Positions 47,407 to 56,219 of a stretch of 64,000 nucleotides of DNA are shown piece after piece (positions within the stretch are counted from its first letter, which is position 1; every line of letters begins with the position of its first letter). The DNA comes from Candidatus Pacearchaeota archaeon. Its GTDB lineage: Archaea > Nanobdellota > Nanobdellia > Pacearchaeales > GW2011-AR1. The position numbers and the translations under genes were made by a program. The stretch spans positions 66,173-130,172 of the forward strand of contig JBBDJP010000001.1 of the NCBI GenBank assembly GCA_040879805.1. The letters run 5' to 3'. Below the pieces are notes generated by a model. That model was not told where the DNA came from and did not search any database. It saw nothing but the letters and a program-made list of their open reading frames with translations.

Positions 47407-47613
47407 TTATTTCCTCTTTTTTCTTGAAGCTCTCTTTGCAGTTTTCCTCTTGGTTGTCTTCTTTGCAGTTTTTCTCACAGACTTCTTCTTTGGGGCTTTC
47501 TTTTTCTTAGCCGCAGCAACTGCCTTCTTTTTTTGTGCTTCAACTTTCTTCAACTGCTTCTTAAGAGATCTCAACTTAACTTCAAGCTGTTTCGGAGTTT
47601 TTGTTCTTGCCAT
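47407..47613 (-). CDS. Small Lys/Ala/Arg-rich histone H1-like protein
   Basis: MARTKTPKQL...AAAKKKKAPKKKSVRKTAKKTTKRKTAKR; SD GAGGTG at 47618-47623. Confidence 0.85.
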   Translation of the reverse strand: MARTKTPKQLEVKLRSLKKQLKKVEAQKKKAVAAAKKKKAPKKKSVRKTAKKTTKRKTAKRASRKKRK

Positions 47614-47676
47614 TTTACACCTCTATTTTAATTCAAATTAAAGAGTTTCAATTCTTTAAAAAGTTTTGGATAATTT

Positions 47677-47803
47677 AAACATTTTTCAAATCAGAAATTT
47701 ATGTTTTGTCGACGGTAAAATTAATAAACCTTTTTACCTGAATTTTTAAAATCAATTTTTTGATAAATTAAATCTCTTAAAACATTTTTCAAATCAGAAA
47801 TTT
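47677..47803. repeat. 24-bp direct repeat, two copies
   Basis: AAACATTTTTCAAATCAGAAATTT at 47677-47700 and 47780-47803. Confidence 0.85.
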
Positions 47804-49382
47804 TTACTCTGACTTGTTCTTTAGAATCACGATCCCTAATTGTAACATTTTTCTTTTTCAAGCTCTCTTCATCAATAGTAATACAAAAAGGAGTTCCAAT
47901 TTCATCATTCCTAGAATATCTTCTTCCAACACTTCCTCCAGAATCATAACCCACATTAAATTCTTCTTTCAAATATTCAAAAATTTCTTTGGAAAATTTA
48001 ACAATTTCATCATTAGACTTTACAAGAGGGAATACTGCAGCCTTTAATGGAGAAATCTTTGGATGAAATCTCAATATAGTATTATCTCTTTTTTCATCAT
48101 AGTAATATGATTCAAACATAAATGCGAGGAAAGCTCTTTCAACACCAAATGAAGACTCTATCACTTTTGGAAGAACTTTTTTGCCTTCTTCTTCATCATA
48201 AATTTCAAGACTTTTCTTGGAAAACTTTTCATGTTGTGACAAATCAAAATTTCCCCTGTCATGACTCCCAAAAATCTCTTTCCATCCATTTGGAAAATTA
48301 TACTCTATGTCTACTGCAGCCTTTGCATAATGGGCCAGCTCATCTTTCTCATGTTCTCTTAACCTGAGGCTTTCTCTACTTATTCCTAATCTTAAAAACC
48401 AACTATAGGAATAATAGAGCCAATAGGCATGCCACTTATTTTTGAATATTTTTTTCTTGACCATTTCATCTATGCTTAGAATATTTTCATTCTTTTTTGA
48501 ATCAAAAATTTTAATCTTTTCATTCTTTATTTCATCATAAAAAGGACAATTATCCATTCTCTCTGGATTAATAAAGAACTGCATTTCCATTTGTTCAAAT
48601 TCTCTCGACCTAAACAGAAAATCTCTTGGCGCGATTTCATTTCTAAAAGCCTTACCAATCTGTGCTATTCCAAAAGGAAGTTTTGATCTAGAACTATTAT
48701 GAACTGCTTTAAAATTTACAAAAATCATTTGTGCAGTCTCTGGCCTCAAATAACTTTTATCTTCTTGACCAACATTAGTCTCAAACATTAATTTAAAATC
48801 TTTAGCTGTTTTTGAATCATAATCTCCCCCACAGTGAAGGCATTTAGCTTCTTCTAATTCATTCTTATCAACCTTTCCAGGTTTCTTACATTTTTTACAA
48901 AGAACAAAAATATCACTAAAACTATCTACATGGCCTGATGCCTTCCAAACCTTTGGATGAGTAATTATGCTTCCATCAATTCCAAAAATATCTTCCCTGC
49001 CTACAAAATATTTCCACCATTCTTTTTTAATATTTTCTTTAACTTCAACCCCTATAGGTCCAAAATCCCAAAAACCTGCAAATCCTCCATATATGTCTGC
49101 AGATTGATATACAAACCCTTTTCTTTTACAAAAAGTTGCTAGATCTTCAATTGAGATTTTTTTTCTTTCCATTGTTTCTTTTGGTATTTCTGCATCTTTA
49201 CTCTTTTTTATTTTTTCCTGTTCCAATTTATTTAAAATATTTTCTGCTTTCTTTTTGGCTTGCTCTTCATTTTTACCAAGATAAGCTAAAGTTTTGGTTT
49301 TTACTTTTCCTTTTACTCGCTTGTTCTCATTAAGATAATAATATTCTCTTCCGGAAATATTTTTCTTTACTATGAATGCCAT
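47721..49382 (-). CDS. glyS: Glycyl-tRNA synthetase (homodimeric type) with a 70-aa N-terminal extension
   Basis: IYGGFAG.WDFGP.G, ASGHVD.F, YLRPETAQ, FRNEI.PR...FR.REFEQME, ELAHYA, GRRY.R.DEIGTP. Confidence 0.96.
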   Translation of the reverse strand: MAFIVKKNISGREYYYLNENKRVKGKVKTKTLAYLGKNEEQAKKKAENILNKLEQEKIKKSKDAEIPKETMERKKISIEDLATFCKRKGFVYQSADIYGGFAGFWDFGPIGVEVKENIKKEWWKYFVGREDIFGIDGSIITHPKVWKASGHVDSFSDIFVLCKKCKKPGKVDKNELEEAKCLHCGGDYDSKTAKDFKLMFETNVGQEDKSYLRPETAQMIFVNFKAVHNSSRSKLPFGIAQIGKAFRNEIAPRDFLFRSREFEQMEMQFFINPERMDNCPFYDEIKNEKIKIFDSKKNENILSIDEMVKKKIFKNKWHAYWLYYSYSWFLRLGISRESLRLREHEKDELAHYAKAAVDIEYNFPNGWKEIFGSHDRGNFDLSQHEKFSKKSLEIYDEEEGKKVLPKVIESSFGVERAFLAFMFESYYYDEKRDNTILRFHPKISPLKAAVFPLVKSNDEIVKFSKEIFEYLKEEFNVGYDSGGSVGRRYSRNDEIGTPFCITIDEESLKKKNVTIRDRDSKEQVRVKISDLKNVLRDLIYQKIDFKNSGKKVY

Positions 49383-49642
49383 TATTCTAAATCCATTACA
49401 ACAAATCCAAATTTATTTATGTCTTCTTCATTCCAGTATTTTAATCTGTTAATCTTTGTGACAAAACCAACTTTTTTCCGAACTTCTCTTCCAGTATATT
49501 CTTTTTTATCAGGATCCCATTCTTTTAAAACAATAAAATCTCCTTTTTTTATTTCAAAATCATCTAACCTTATTTCATGTTTCTTTTCTCCCAACAAAAT
49601 TTTCTCAAACATTTCAGGCCATGTCTTTTTTTCAACTTCCAT
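49382..49642 (-). CDS. ASCH/PUA-like DUF3850 family protein
   Basis: KTWPEMFEKI..GEK..EIR, GD...LKEW, YTGR. Confidence 0.88.
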   Translation of the reverse strand: MEVEKKTWPEMFEKILLGEKKHEIRLDDFEIKKGDFIVLKEWDPDKKEYTGREVRKKVGFVTKINRLKYWNEEDINKFGFVVMDLE

Positions 49643-49684
49643 AGAATTAGGTACTACAAAACTATTTAAATCTTTCTTTAGGTA

Positions 49685-51355
49685 CTACTTATTATCTTTT
49701 TTATTTGTACCAACAAGACTCTTAATTGTCTTTTTGGATTTTCTCATTCTTCTAACTATGAAAAATAGAACTCCTAAAATAAGTACAACTGCAATTAGAA
49801 TATATGCTTCTCCTGCCCCTATTCCTTCAAAAACTGCGAATCCTATAGGGGCTCCAATAGTTATTGGTTCTACTACAGAGCTAGAATAAACTTCAGAGTT
49901 ATATAGGATAGATAATAATAGGGTCCCATTTAAAGACTCATTTATTCCTAAATTTGTCCTAAACTCCTCAGTTCCATTTGCATTAATACTTTTATTCTCA
50001 GAAATACTGGAGAACTCTGTTCCTTCTTCATCAGAAAGGGTAAAACTAATTTCAACTTCTTGATCTTCTCCTGTAAGTTCAGAAAGAGAATATAAAATTC
50101 TCACCCTATCTTGCCTTGTCCTCTGTGCATCAATAAGTTCAAAATCTATCTTTTTTTCCTCGACAGTCAAAACAAAAGTCTCTGAAACTGATGTAGAAGA
50201 ACAATCTACAGAAACTTGGATAGAATAATCACTTTCCTCAGTTTCATTAGGTATTTCAATATCAAAATTAAAATTAACTTCTTCATCAGGATTTATGTTC
50301 CTTTGTTCCCCTTCAAAAGATATCCAATCAGAATTCTCCCCCGAAGTGGAAAACTCGCATGAAAATAAAAATCCCTCTCCATCGTTTATAACTTTCCATG
50401 ACATCTGGGTGGAATCTCCAGGATTGAGTTTTACGTTATCTATCTTTGATGCAGAAAGAGATGCCAAGTTAGAAAAATCTTCTTGGGTTCCTTGAGTATC
50501 TTGAGAACTTTGAGTTTCTCCTACTTCCTCTTCTGTTCCTGTTTCATTTGTTTCTTCTTCAACTTCTTCATACTCACAACTTCCATCATCCTCTGTTGCA
50601 TTCTCATCATAATTTATTGCATCAGAATCTGTACATCCCGGAATGCTATCCTCCTCACCATAAGATAATTCAATCGAAGATATTGAAGGGCTCAACTCAA
50701 AGTCTGATGTTTCAAATATGACCTTGTACTGGAAATACTGTCCTGTAAGGTTCAAATTGTTTACATCCGAAACAGTTTCAAAACTTGAGTTTGTGAAGTT
50801 TGCATCCTCAGATGCTCTTACTTGAAAAGATAGTGAAGAGTTGATTTCCATATCATATTCATAGCTTATTAAAACATCGTTCCAGGAAAAATTACTTGCA
50901 TTTGTCAGTGTTCCTGTTGATGAATTCAATGAAGCATTTCCAACATTAATAGAGTTATTGTTTTCTGAATCATACAATGAGGTCAATGATAAATCAGTCC
51001 AGAAAGAGCTAAAATTCGCCAAAGTATAACCTGTAGAATTGACCCATCCACTCTCATTTATCACATTTATCGTTTTTGAATTTGGAACATTTCCTTCCCA
51101 CGTTAGGTTGTTCCATAAAACAGATTCATTAGATTCAAAAACCTCTGAAGTATAAGAACCTGAAAGATTCTCTCCAGTTAAAGAAATATTCCCATTATCA
51201 AAAGAAGTATTTTCATAAACCCCTTGACTAAAATTAGATTGTACTTCAGAAACTGCGAATCCTGTTATTCCTACATTAAGAATATATGCAACAGCCAAAA
51301 CACCTAAAATTAAGAAACCTATTGAAAGATAATTTCCTGCCTCTTTTTTTGCCAT
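49685..51355 (-). CDS. Acidic cell-surface protein with Ig-like domains and a C-terminal TM anchor
   Basis: N-terminal TM ending ITGFAV, many NxS/T sequons, GCTD..A.NY...A..DDGSC motif, C-terminal TM and basic tail. Confidence 0.8.
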   Translation of the reverse strand: MAKKEAGNYLSIGFLILGVLAVAYILNVGITGFAVSEVQSNFSQGVYENTSFDNGNISLTGENLSGSYTSEVFESNESVLWNNLTWEGNVPNSKTINVINESGWVNSTGYTLANFSSFWTDLSLTSLYDSENNNSINVGNASLNSSTGTLTNASNFSWNDVLISYEYDMEINSSLSFQVRASEDANFTNSSFETVSDVNNLNLTGQYFQYKVIFETSDFELSPSISSIELSYGEEDSIPGCTDSDAINYDENATEDDGSCEYEEVEEETNETGTEEEVGETQSSQDTQGTQEDFSNLASLSASKIDNVKLNPGDSTQMSWKVINDGEGFLFSCEFSTSGENSDWISFEGEQRNINPDEEVNFNFDIEIPNETEESDYSIQVSVDCSSTSVSETFVLTVEEKKIDFELIDAQRTRQDRVRILYSLSELTGEDQEVEISFTLSDEEGTEFSSISENKSINANGTEEFRTNLGINESLNGTLLLSILYNSEVYSSSVVEPITIGAPIGFAVFEGIGAGEAYILIAVVLILGVLFFIVRRMRKSKKTIKSLVGTNKKDNK

Positions 51356-51436
51356 TATAATGTTTATGCTTTTTTGGTTTAAAAACTTTTTTAGTTTCTA
51401 CTAACTAGTTTACTACTTAAAATAGTGAAATATCTT

Positions 51437-51862
51437 TTACTCTCCAATAATCTTTACCATTATTCTTTTATTCCTCTGACCATCAAACTCTCCATAAAAA
51501 ATAGCTTCCCACGGGCCAAAATCCAAATCTCCATCCGTAATTGCAACAGTTGTTTCTCTACCCATAATTGTTCTCCACAGATGAGCATATGCATTGTCTT
51601 CTCCCGTCAAATTATGTTTATACTTTGTTAAATCATCCAAATTCATTGGTGCAAGTTTTTCAAGCCATTTCCTAAAATCATGCAATAAACCAGATTCATT
51701 GTCATTTATGAAAACACTCGCAGTTATATGCATTGGATTAACTAGAACCAACCCTTCTTTAACTCCAGATTCTTTTACAATCTCTCTAACTCTCTTAGTA
51801 ATATTCACAAAATCAATTCTTTTCTCTGTATTTAACTTAATATACTCCGTGTGAGTTTTCAT
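51437..51862 (-). CDS. YjbQ/UPF0047 family protein
   Basis: [32 protein letters not shown]. Confidence 0.93.
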   Translation of the reverse strand: MKTHTEYIKLNTEKRIDFVNITKRVREIVKESGVKEGLVLVNPMHITASVFINDNESGLLHDFRKWLEKLAPMNLDDLTKYKHNLTGEDNAYAHLWRTIMGRETTVAITDGDLDFGPWEAIFYGEFDGQRNKRIMVKIIGE

Positions 51863-52431
51863 TTCGTTACCTCTTTAAGTAATTCTGGAAATTCTTCTGT
51901 CTCCATATCTTCAAGAGTATAATGTCCACAATTTTTTAACTCTATTAACTTCCCTCCTAAAGCTTCTTTGAACAATTTCGCACTCTCTCTACCTGCTTTT
52001 TCCTCATCATCAGAAGTAAAAATGATTATATCTTCAACATTGTTTCTAACTTCTTTATCAATCTCAAAACCATAAAACTCTCTTTTATCTTCCTTCTTAA
52101 GATAATCTCCATATATTATTTTCCAAGGTGCAACTAAAATCAATCTTTTAATTTTAATTTTTGTGTCTGCAAGCCATCTGACCAAAAATGCAGATCCACA
52201 GCTGTGTCCCACCAAGATACTATCTTCATTTATATCTAAATTATCAAAATCTTTCTTCCAGTCTTCATAAACCGCCTCCCAGGGTTTTGGCATCAAAGGA
52301 ACATAAACATCAAACCCTCTTTCTTCCAGTCTCTCTTTAAGCCAAGGAATCCAATGTTTGTCATAAGTTCTCTTTTTAGGATCTTTCTCTTGATTATCCG
52401 GACAACCATGAACAATTATTACTTTTTTCAT
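51859..52431 (-). CDS. RBBP9/YdeN-family alpha/beta hydrolase
   Basis: IVHG, HWIPWL, GHSCG, S.DD, GHY. Confidence 0.92.
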   Translation of the reverse strand: MKKVIIVHGCPDNQEKDPKKRTYDKHWIPWLKERLEERGFDVYVPLMPKPWEAVYEDWKKDFDNLDINEDSILVGHSCGSAFLVRWLADTKIKIKRLILVAPWKIIYGDYLKKEDKREFYGFEIDKEVRNNVEDIIIFTSDDEEKAGRESAKLFKEALGGKLIELKNCGHYTLEDMETEEFPELLKEVTK

Positions 52432-52694
52432 TTTATTACTTTAACGTTTTTAGAAGTTATTTCATTTCCATCAACAAATTCTTCTTTAACAATCTTTCCA
52501 AAAACCTTTTTTCCATTGTAAATTTTTAGAAAATGTGTAGGCTGAATTTTTCCTGATCCTTGTTTGACTAATCCAAAATAACTATGCTCACCAACCAAAT
52601 CATCTCCATGGACATCATCTATATCTGGAAAAAACTCGCAAACGTCGTATTTTTCTCCATTAATTTTAACAACATCTCCTTTATTAACTTCCAT
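52428..52694 (-). CDS. Hypothetical protein
   Basis: 88-aa ORF with ATGA overlap into the hydrolase gene. Confidence 0.6.
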   Translation of the reverse strand: MEVNKGDVVKINGEKYDVCEFFPDIDDVHGDDLVGEHSYFGLVKQGSGKIQPTHFLKIYNGKKVFGKIVKEEFVDGNEITSKNVKVIK

Positions 52695-52744
52695 ACATTA
52701 ACAAAAAGAGAAAACTATATAAAATCTTTTCCTTCTTCTTTTTT

Positions 52745-52990
52745 ATGACATGGCAAACATATTTGGTTTTGTATTTTAAAGCTGGAAATTCAAAAGTTTC
52801 TGAAATTGTGAAAAAAGTTGAAGAACTTGGTTTTGAATCAGCACTAGGTCCTGTTGATTTGAAATACAAATGGGAAAACGAACCAACAACAGAACAAGTA
52901 TTGAAATTGGCAGATAAGATTTCTGAATCTTTGAAGGGAACAGAAGTTATGTTTAATATAGATACGCAAAAAGTTCCTTCTACAGAATAA
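52745..52990 (+). CDS. Hypothetical protein
   Basis: 81-aa ORF with a TATA box (TATATAAA) about 25 nt upstream; G..D..Y.W pattern. Confidence 0.7.
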   Translation: MTWQTYLVLYFKAGNSKVSEIVKKVEELGFESALGPVDLKYKWENEPTTEQVLKLADKISESLKGTEVMFNIDTQKVPSTE

Positions 52991-53011
52991 ATTATTTTGA
53001 AATAATTCTAA

Positions 53012-53084
53012 AGCGAGGAGTGGGATTTGAACCCACGGATACTCGGGTTGCAGCCGAGCGCGTTAACCACTTCGCCATCCCCGC
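53012..53084 (-). tRNA. tRNA-Cys(GCA)
   Basis: GCGGGGA/TCCTCGC acceptor, CTCGG-CTGCAAC-CCGAG anticodon arm, U73. Confidence 0.95.
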
Positions 53085-53141
53085 ACAATATTATCTATAA
53101 ATAGAAGGTATAAAAGTTTTTGTAGTTAAATTAAAACAAAA

Positions 53142-53215
<74 letters not shown>

Positions 53216-53275
53216 CTGTAAAAACTTAAGAAATAATTGTATTTAAAATGTTTCCATTATAAAATCTCTAAAAAT

Positions 53276-54178
53276 TCAAACCTCCACAACATCCAAATCC
53301 TTAGGTAAATATGAATTTTTGAAAATCTTTTTAGCTTCTTTTAAAACTTCTTCCTGATTTTTAGAAAATCTTTGACTTACATGTACTAGAAATAACTTCC
53401 CAACTTTTGATTTCTTCGCGATTTTAGCAACCTGGTCAACTGTGAGATGCTTGTACTCTTTAGCCTTTTCCTTCATATCTGGCATAAACGTCGACTCTGA
53501 TACCAAAACATTGGAATTTTTAACAAACGGTGCGATTCTCTTATTAAACGAAGTATCCAAGACAAAAGAAATCTTCTTTCCTTCTTCAGTATAAGTTAAT
53601 TTTTTTGCAGAATATTTTTTGCCTTTGTAAATTATTCCTTTCCCTTCCTTAATTTTCTTCAAATGAGGTCCTTCTTTAATTTTAAATTTTTTAAGTTTCT
53701 TTTTATCAATTCTTATTTTATTTTTTAATTCGAAAGAATAGGCATTGCAAGGAGTTCCATGAGTCATACTCTCTGCATTTAAAGAAAAATCTATCCCTTT
53801 AAAAAAATTACTAGAAACTTCACTAACTTCAATTTCATATTCTCCTCTAACATTGAACATTTCCATAAAGGCTTTCAACTTTCTTTTTGTTCCACGAGGT
53901 CCATAAATAAACAACTTCCGATTATAGCCACTCATTTCCAAGGTCTTTAACAGTCCAGGAATTCCAAGAACATGATCTGCATGCCAGTGTGTGATTAAAA
54001 TTCTTGTAATCTTGCAAGGGTTCAATCTCGCCTTACGAATTTGTCTTTGAGTTCCTTCTCCACAATCTATAAGAATATTTTCTCCTTTATAATTTAACCA
54101 AATAGAGGGATGATTTCTTTTTGCGCTTGGAACAGAATCGCTAGTTCCTAAGAAATAAATTTTAATGTTTTCTGCCAT
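53276..54178 (-). CDS. rnz: Ribonuclease Z
   Basis: FLGT...PS..RN, DCGEGTQ.Q, THWHADH, exosite, DT, EST, H..QR. Confidence 0.95.
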   Translation of the reverse strand: MAENIKIYFLGTSDSVPSAKRNHPSIWLNYKGENILIDCGEGTQRQIRKARLNPCKITRILITHWHADHVLGIPGLLKTLEMSGYNRKLFIYGPRGTKRKLKAFMEMFNVRGEYEIEVSEVSSNFFKGIDFSLNAESMTHGTPCNAYSFELKNKIRIDKKKLKKFKIKEGPHLKKIKEGKGIIYKGKKYSAKKLTYTEEGKKISFVLDTSFNKRIAPFVKNSNVLVSESTFMPDMKEKAKEYKHLTVDQVAKIAKKSKVGKLFLVHVSQRFSKNQEEVLKEAKKIFKNSYLPKDLDVVEV

Positions 54179-54221
54179 GACCAAATAACCAAAACAAGAT
54201 TAATAAAAGTAACTACTAAAT

Positions 54222-54473
54222 CTAATCATTCTTCAATGCAGTTGAGGCCGGAGAAATAAAAATTATTGTGTCTCCTCTTAAAAAAGTCAAACCAAGATTT
54301 CTTTTGACCTCGCCATTATCCATTTCCTTAATGTTATCAAGAACAAGGTTTATATGTATGTCAAATGCTAACAAAGTTCCTACAAATTGTTTGTCTCCTT
54401 TCAAATGCACAAGAACTTCTTTCCCTTTTGAATTATTCAAAAGATCCAAAGGCCTTTCAATTTTTTTTACCAT
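54222..54473 (-). CDS. Sm-like archaeal protein (SmAP/Lsm)
   Basis: RPLDLL, G.L.AFD.H.NLVL, RGD.IIFISP; start at ATG 54473 with upstream GGAG. Confidence 0.95.
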   Translation of the reverse strand: MVKKIERPLDLLNNSKGKEVLVHLKGDKQFVGTLLAFDIHINLVLDNIKEMDNGEVKRNLGLTFLRGDTIIFISPASTALKND

Positions 54474-54600
54474 CTTATTTAACTCCAAATTATGGAATAA
54501 TACAATAGAATATCTTAGAAGTTTATTTATAAACATTTCGTTAAATTTGAACTATTAAGATAACAGAAAGGTATTTAAACAAAAATTAGGTTTTTTTTAT

Positions 54601-54960
54601 ATGAGAAAAGGAAGAAAAATTTCCGGAGGGAAATATAAAAAGCATAGGAAGAAAAAGTTTTACGAGTTGTCAGGACAAAAGAAAACTACTAAGCTTGGAG
54701 ATGAGAAAAAGAAAATAGTAAGAGTTATGGGAGGAAACAAAAAAACTTTTTTACTCAAATCAAAAACAGTTAACGTTAAGATAAAAGATAACACAAAAAA
54801 ACTTGAGATAAAAAATGTTCTTGAAACTCCTTCAAACAGATTCTTGGCAAGGCAAAATATTCTTACAAAGGGAACAATTGTTGAAACAGATTCTGGAAAA
54901 GTTAGAATAACCAACAGACCAAGTCAAGAAGGTTTAGTTAATGGTGTTTTGATAGAATAA
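54601..54960 (+). CDS. rps8e: 30S ribosomal protein S8e
   Basis: GRK.SGG, RVMGGNKK, TKGTIVET, ITNRPSQEG.VNG. Confidence 0.96.
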   Translation: MRKGRKISGGKYKKHRKKKFYELSGQKKTTKLGDEKKKIVRVMGGNKKTFLLKSKTVNVKIKDNTKKLEIKNVLETPSNRFLARQNILTKGTIVETDSGKVRITNRPSQEGLVNGVLIE

Positions 54961-55014
54961 TCCTTAAATCAATTTCTCCGAGGACAAAATCCAAAATTTT
55001 CTAAAATAGAAAGG

Positions 55015-55061
55015 TTTATAAATGGAAACATTTATAAATAAATTATAAACTTAGTTTATAA
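55015..55061 (+). promoter_or_regulatory. Cluster of four TATA-like boxes upstream of tfb
   Basis: TTTATAAA 55015-55022 and 55031-55038; palindrome TTATAAACT-T-AGTTTATAA 55043-55061. Confidence 0.5.
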
Positions 55062-55110
55062 GTCTTTTTATCCAACCTCAAAGTAACAAAAATTACAAAA
55101 ACAAAAAACA

Positions 55111-56037
55111 ATGGCTTTTATAAAAAAATGTCCCGAATGTGGAGGAATTCACCTCACTTATGATTCTCACTTAGGAGAAATTATCTGCAATGATTGCGGA
55201 CTTGTAGTTGAAGAAAAAATGGTTGATTCTGGAATTGACCTTTCAGGTAAGTTTGACAAGGGAAAAAAGAAAGGTAGAGGGGGAGCTCCAACCAGCATAC
55301 AAAAATTTGACAAAGGCCTTACTACAAATGTTGGAGAAATTTCTGATATTTACAGGCTTGATTCTAAACAAACAAGAAAATTTTTGAGGTTGAAAAAATG
55401 GCAAGAAAGAGTTTCAACTTCTATAGAAAGAAACTTAAGACTTGCTATGGCTGAATTAAGAGTTATTTCTTCTTACTTGAATCTTCCAAATGTAGTCCGA
55501 GACGAAGCAGCCAGGATTTACAATTTTGTTCTTCAAAGAGGACTTGTAAGAGGAAGAAGTATGGAATCAGTCATTGCTGCATGTCTTTATGCAGCTTGCA
55601 GAAGCTACAATATTCCTAGAACACTTGACGAAATGGCAACTGCTTCTGATGTAGAAAGAAAAGAGATTGGAAGAACTTATAGATTTGTTGTGAGAAAATT
55701 GGGAATTAAAGTTGCTCAAAGCTCTCCAAAAGATTATATCTCAAGATTCTCCTCTGTATTAAATTTATCTCCAAAAGCCCAAAATGATGCTCTAAAAGTT
55801 CTAAGAAAAGCTGAAGAAGTAGAATTAACTTCAGGAAGAGGTCCCGCAGGAATAGCTGCCGCTGCACTTTATGTAGCTGCTTTGATCAATGATGAAAAAA
55901 AGACCCAAAGAGAAGTAGCAGATATTGCGGGAATAACTGAGGTAACAATTAGGAACAGATACAAAGAACTTATAGAAAAACTTGATCTAGAAGAAAAGAT
56001 AAAACAAAAAGAAGCTGAAATAAAAAATAAAAAATAG
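55111..56037 (+). CDS. tfb: Transcription initiation factor B
   Basis: CPECG..CNDCG Zn ribbon, ERNL..A, RGRS, PRTLDE, SGRGP.G.AAA, TQREVA..AGITEVTIRNRYKE. Confidence 0.97.
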   Translation: MAFIKKCPECGGIHLTYDSHLGEIICNDCGLVVEEKMVDSGIDLSGKFDKGKKKGRGGAPTSIQKFDKGLTTNVGEISDIYRLDSKQTRKFLRLKKWQERVSTSIERNLRLAMAELRVISSYLNLPNVVRDEAARIYNFVLQRGLVRGRSMESVIAACLYAACRSYNIPRTLDEMATASDVERKEIGRTYRFVVRKLGIKVAQSSPKDYISRFSSVLNLSPKAQNDALKVLRKAEEVELTSGRGPAGIAAAALYVAALINDEKKTQREVADIAGITEVTIRNRYKELIEKLDLEEKIKQKEAEIKNKK

Positions 56038-56098
56038 TTATCTTTTCTTATTTCCAACATCCATATATTTTTATACTAATTTTTCTAAAACCAACTAT

Positions 56099-56181
56099 GC
56101 GGGGATGCCGGAGTGGTCAAACGGGACAGGCTTAGGACCTGTTAGCTTATGCTTACCTAGGTTCGAATCCTAGTCCCCGCA
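56099..56181 (+). tRNA. tRNA-Leu(UAG)
   Basis: GCGGGGA/TCCCCGC acceptor, ACAGG-CTTAGGA-CCTGT anticodon arm, long variable arm, A73. Confidence 0.96.
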
Positions 56182-56219
56182 TAAATCCTAAACACTTTAG
56201 AATAATTAAAAAAATAATT

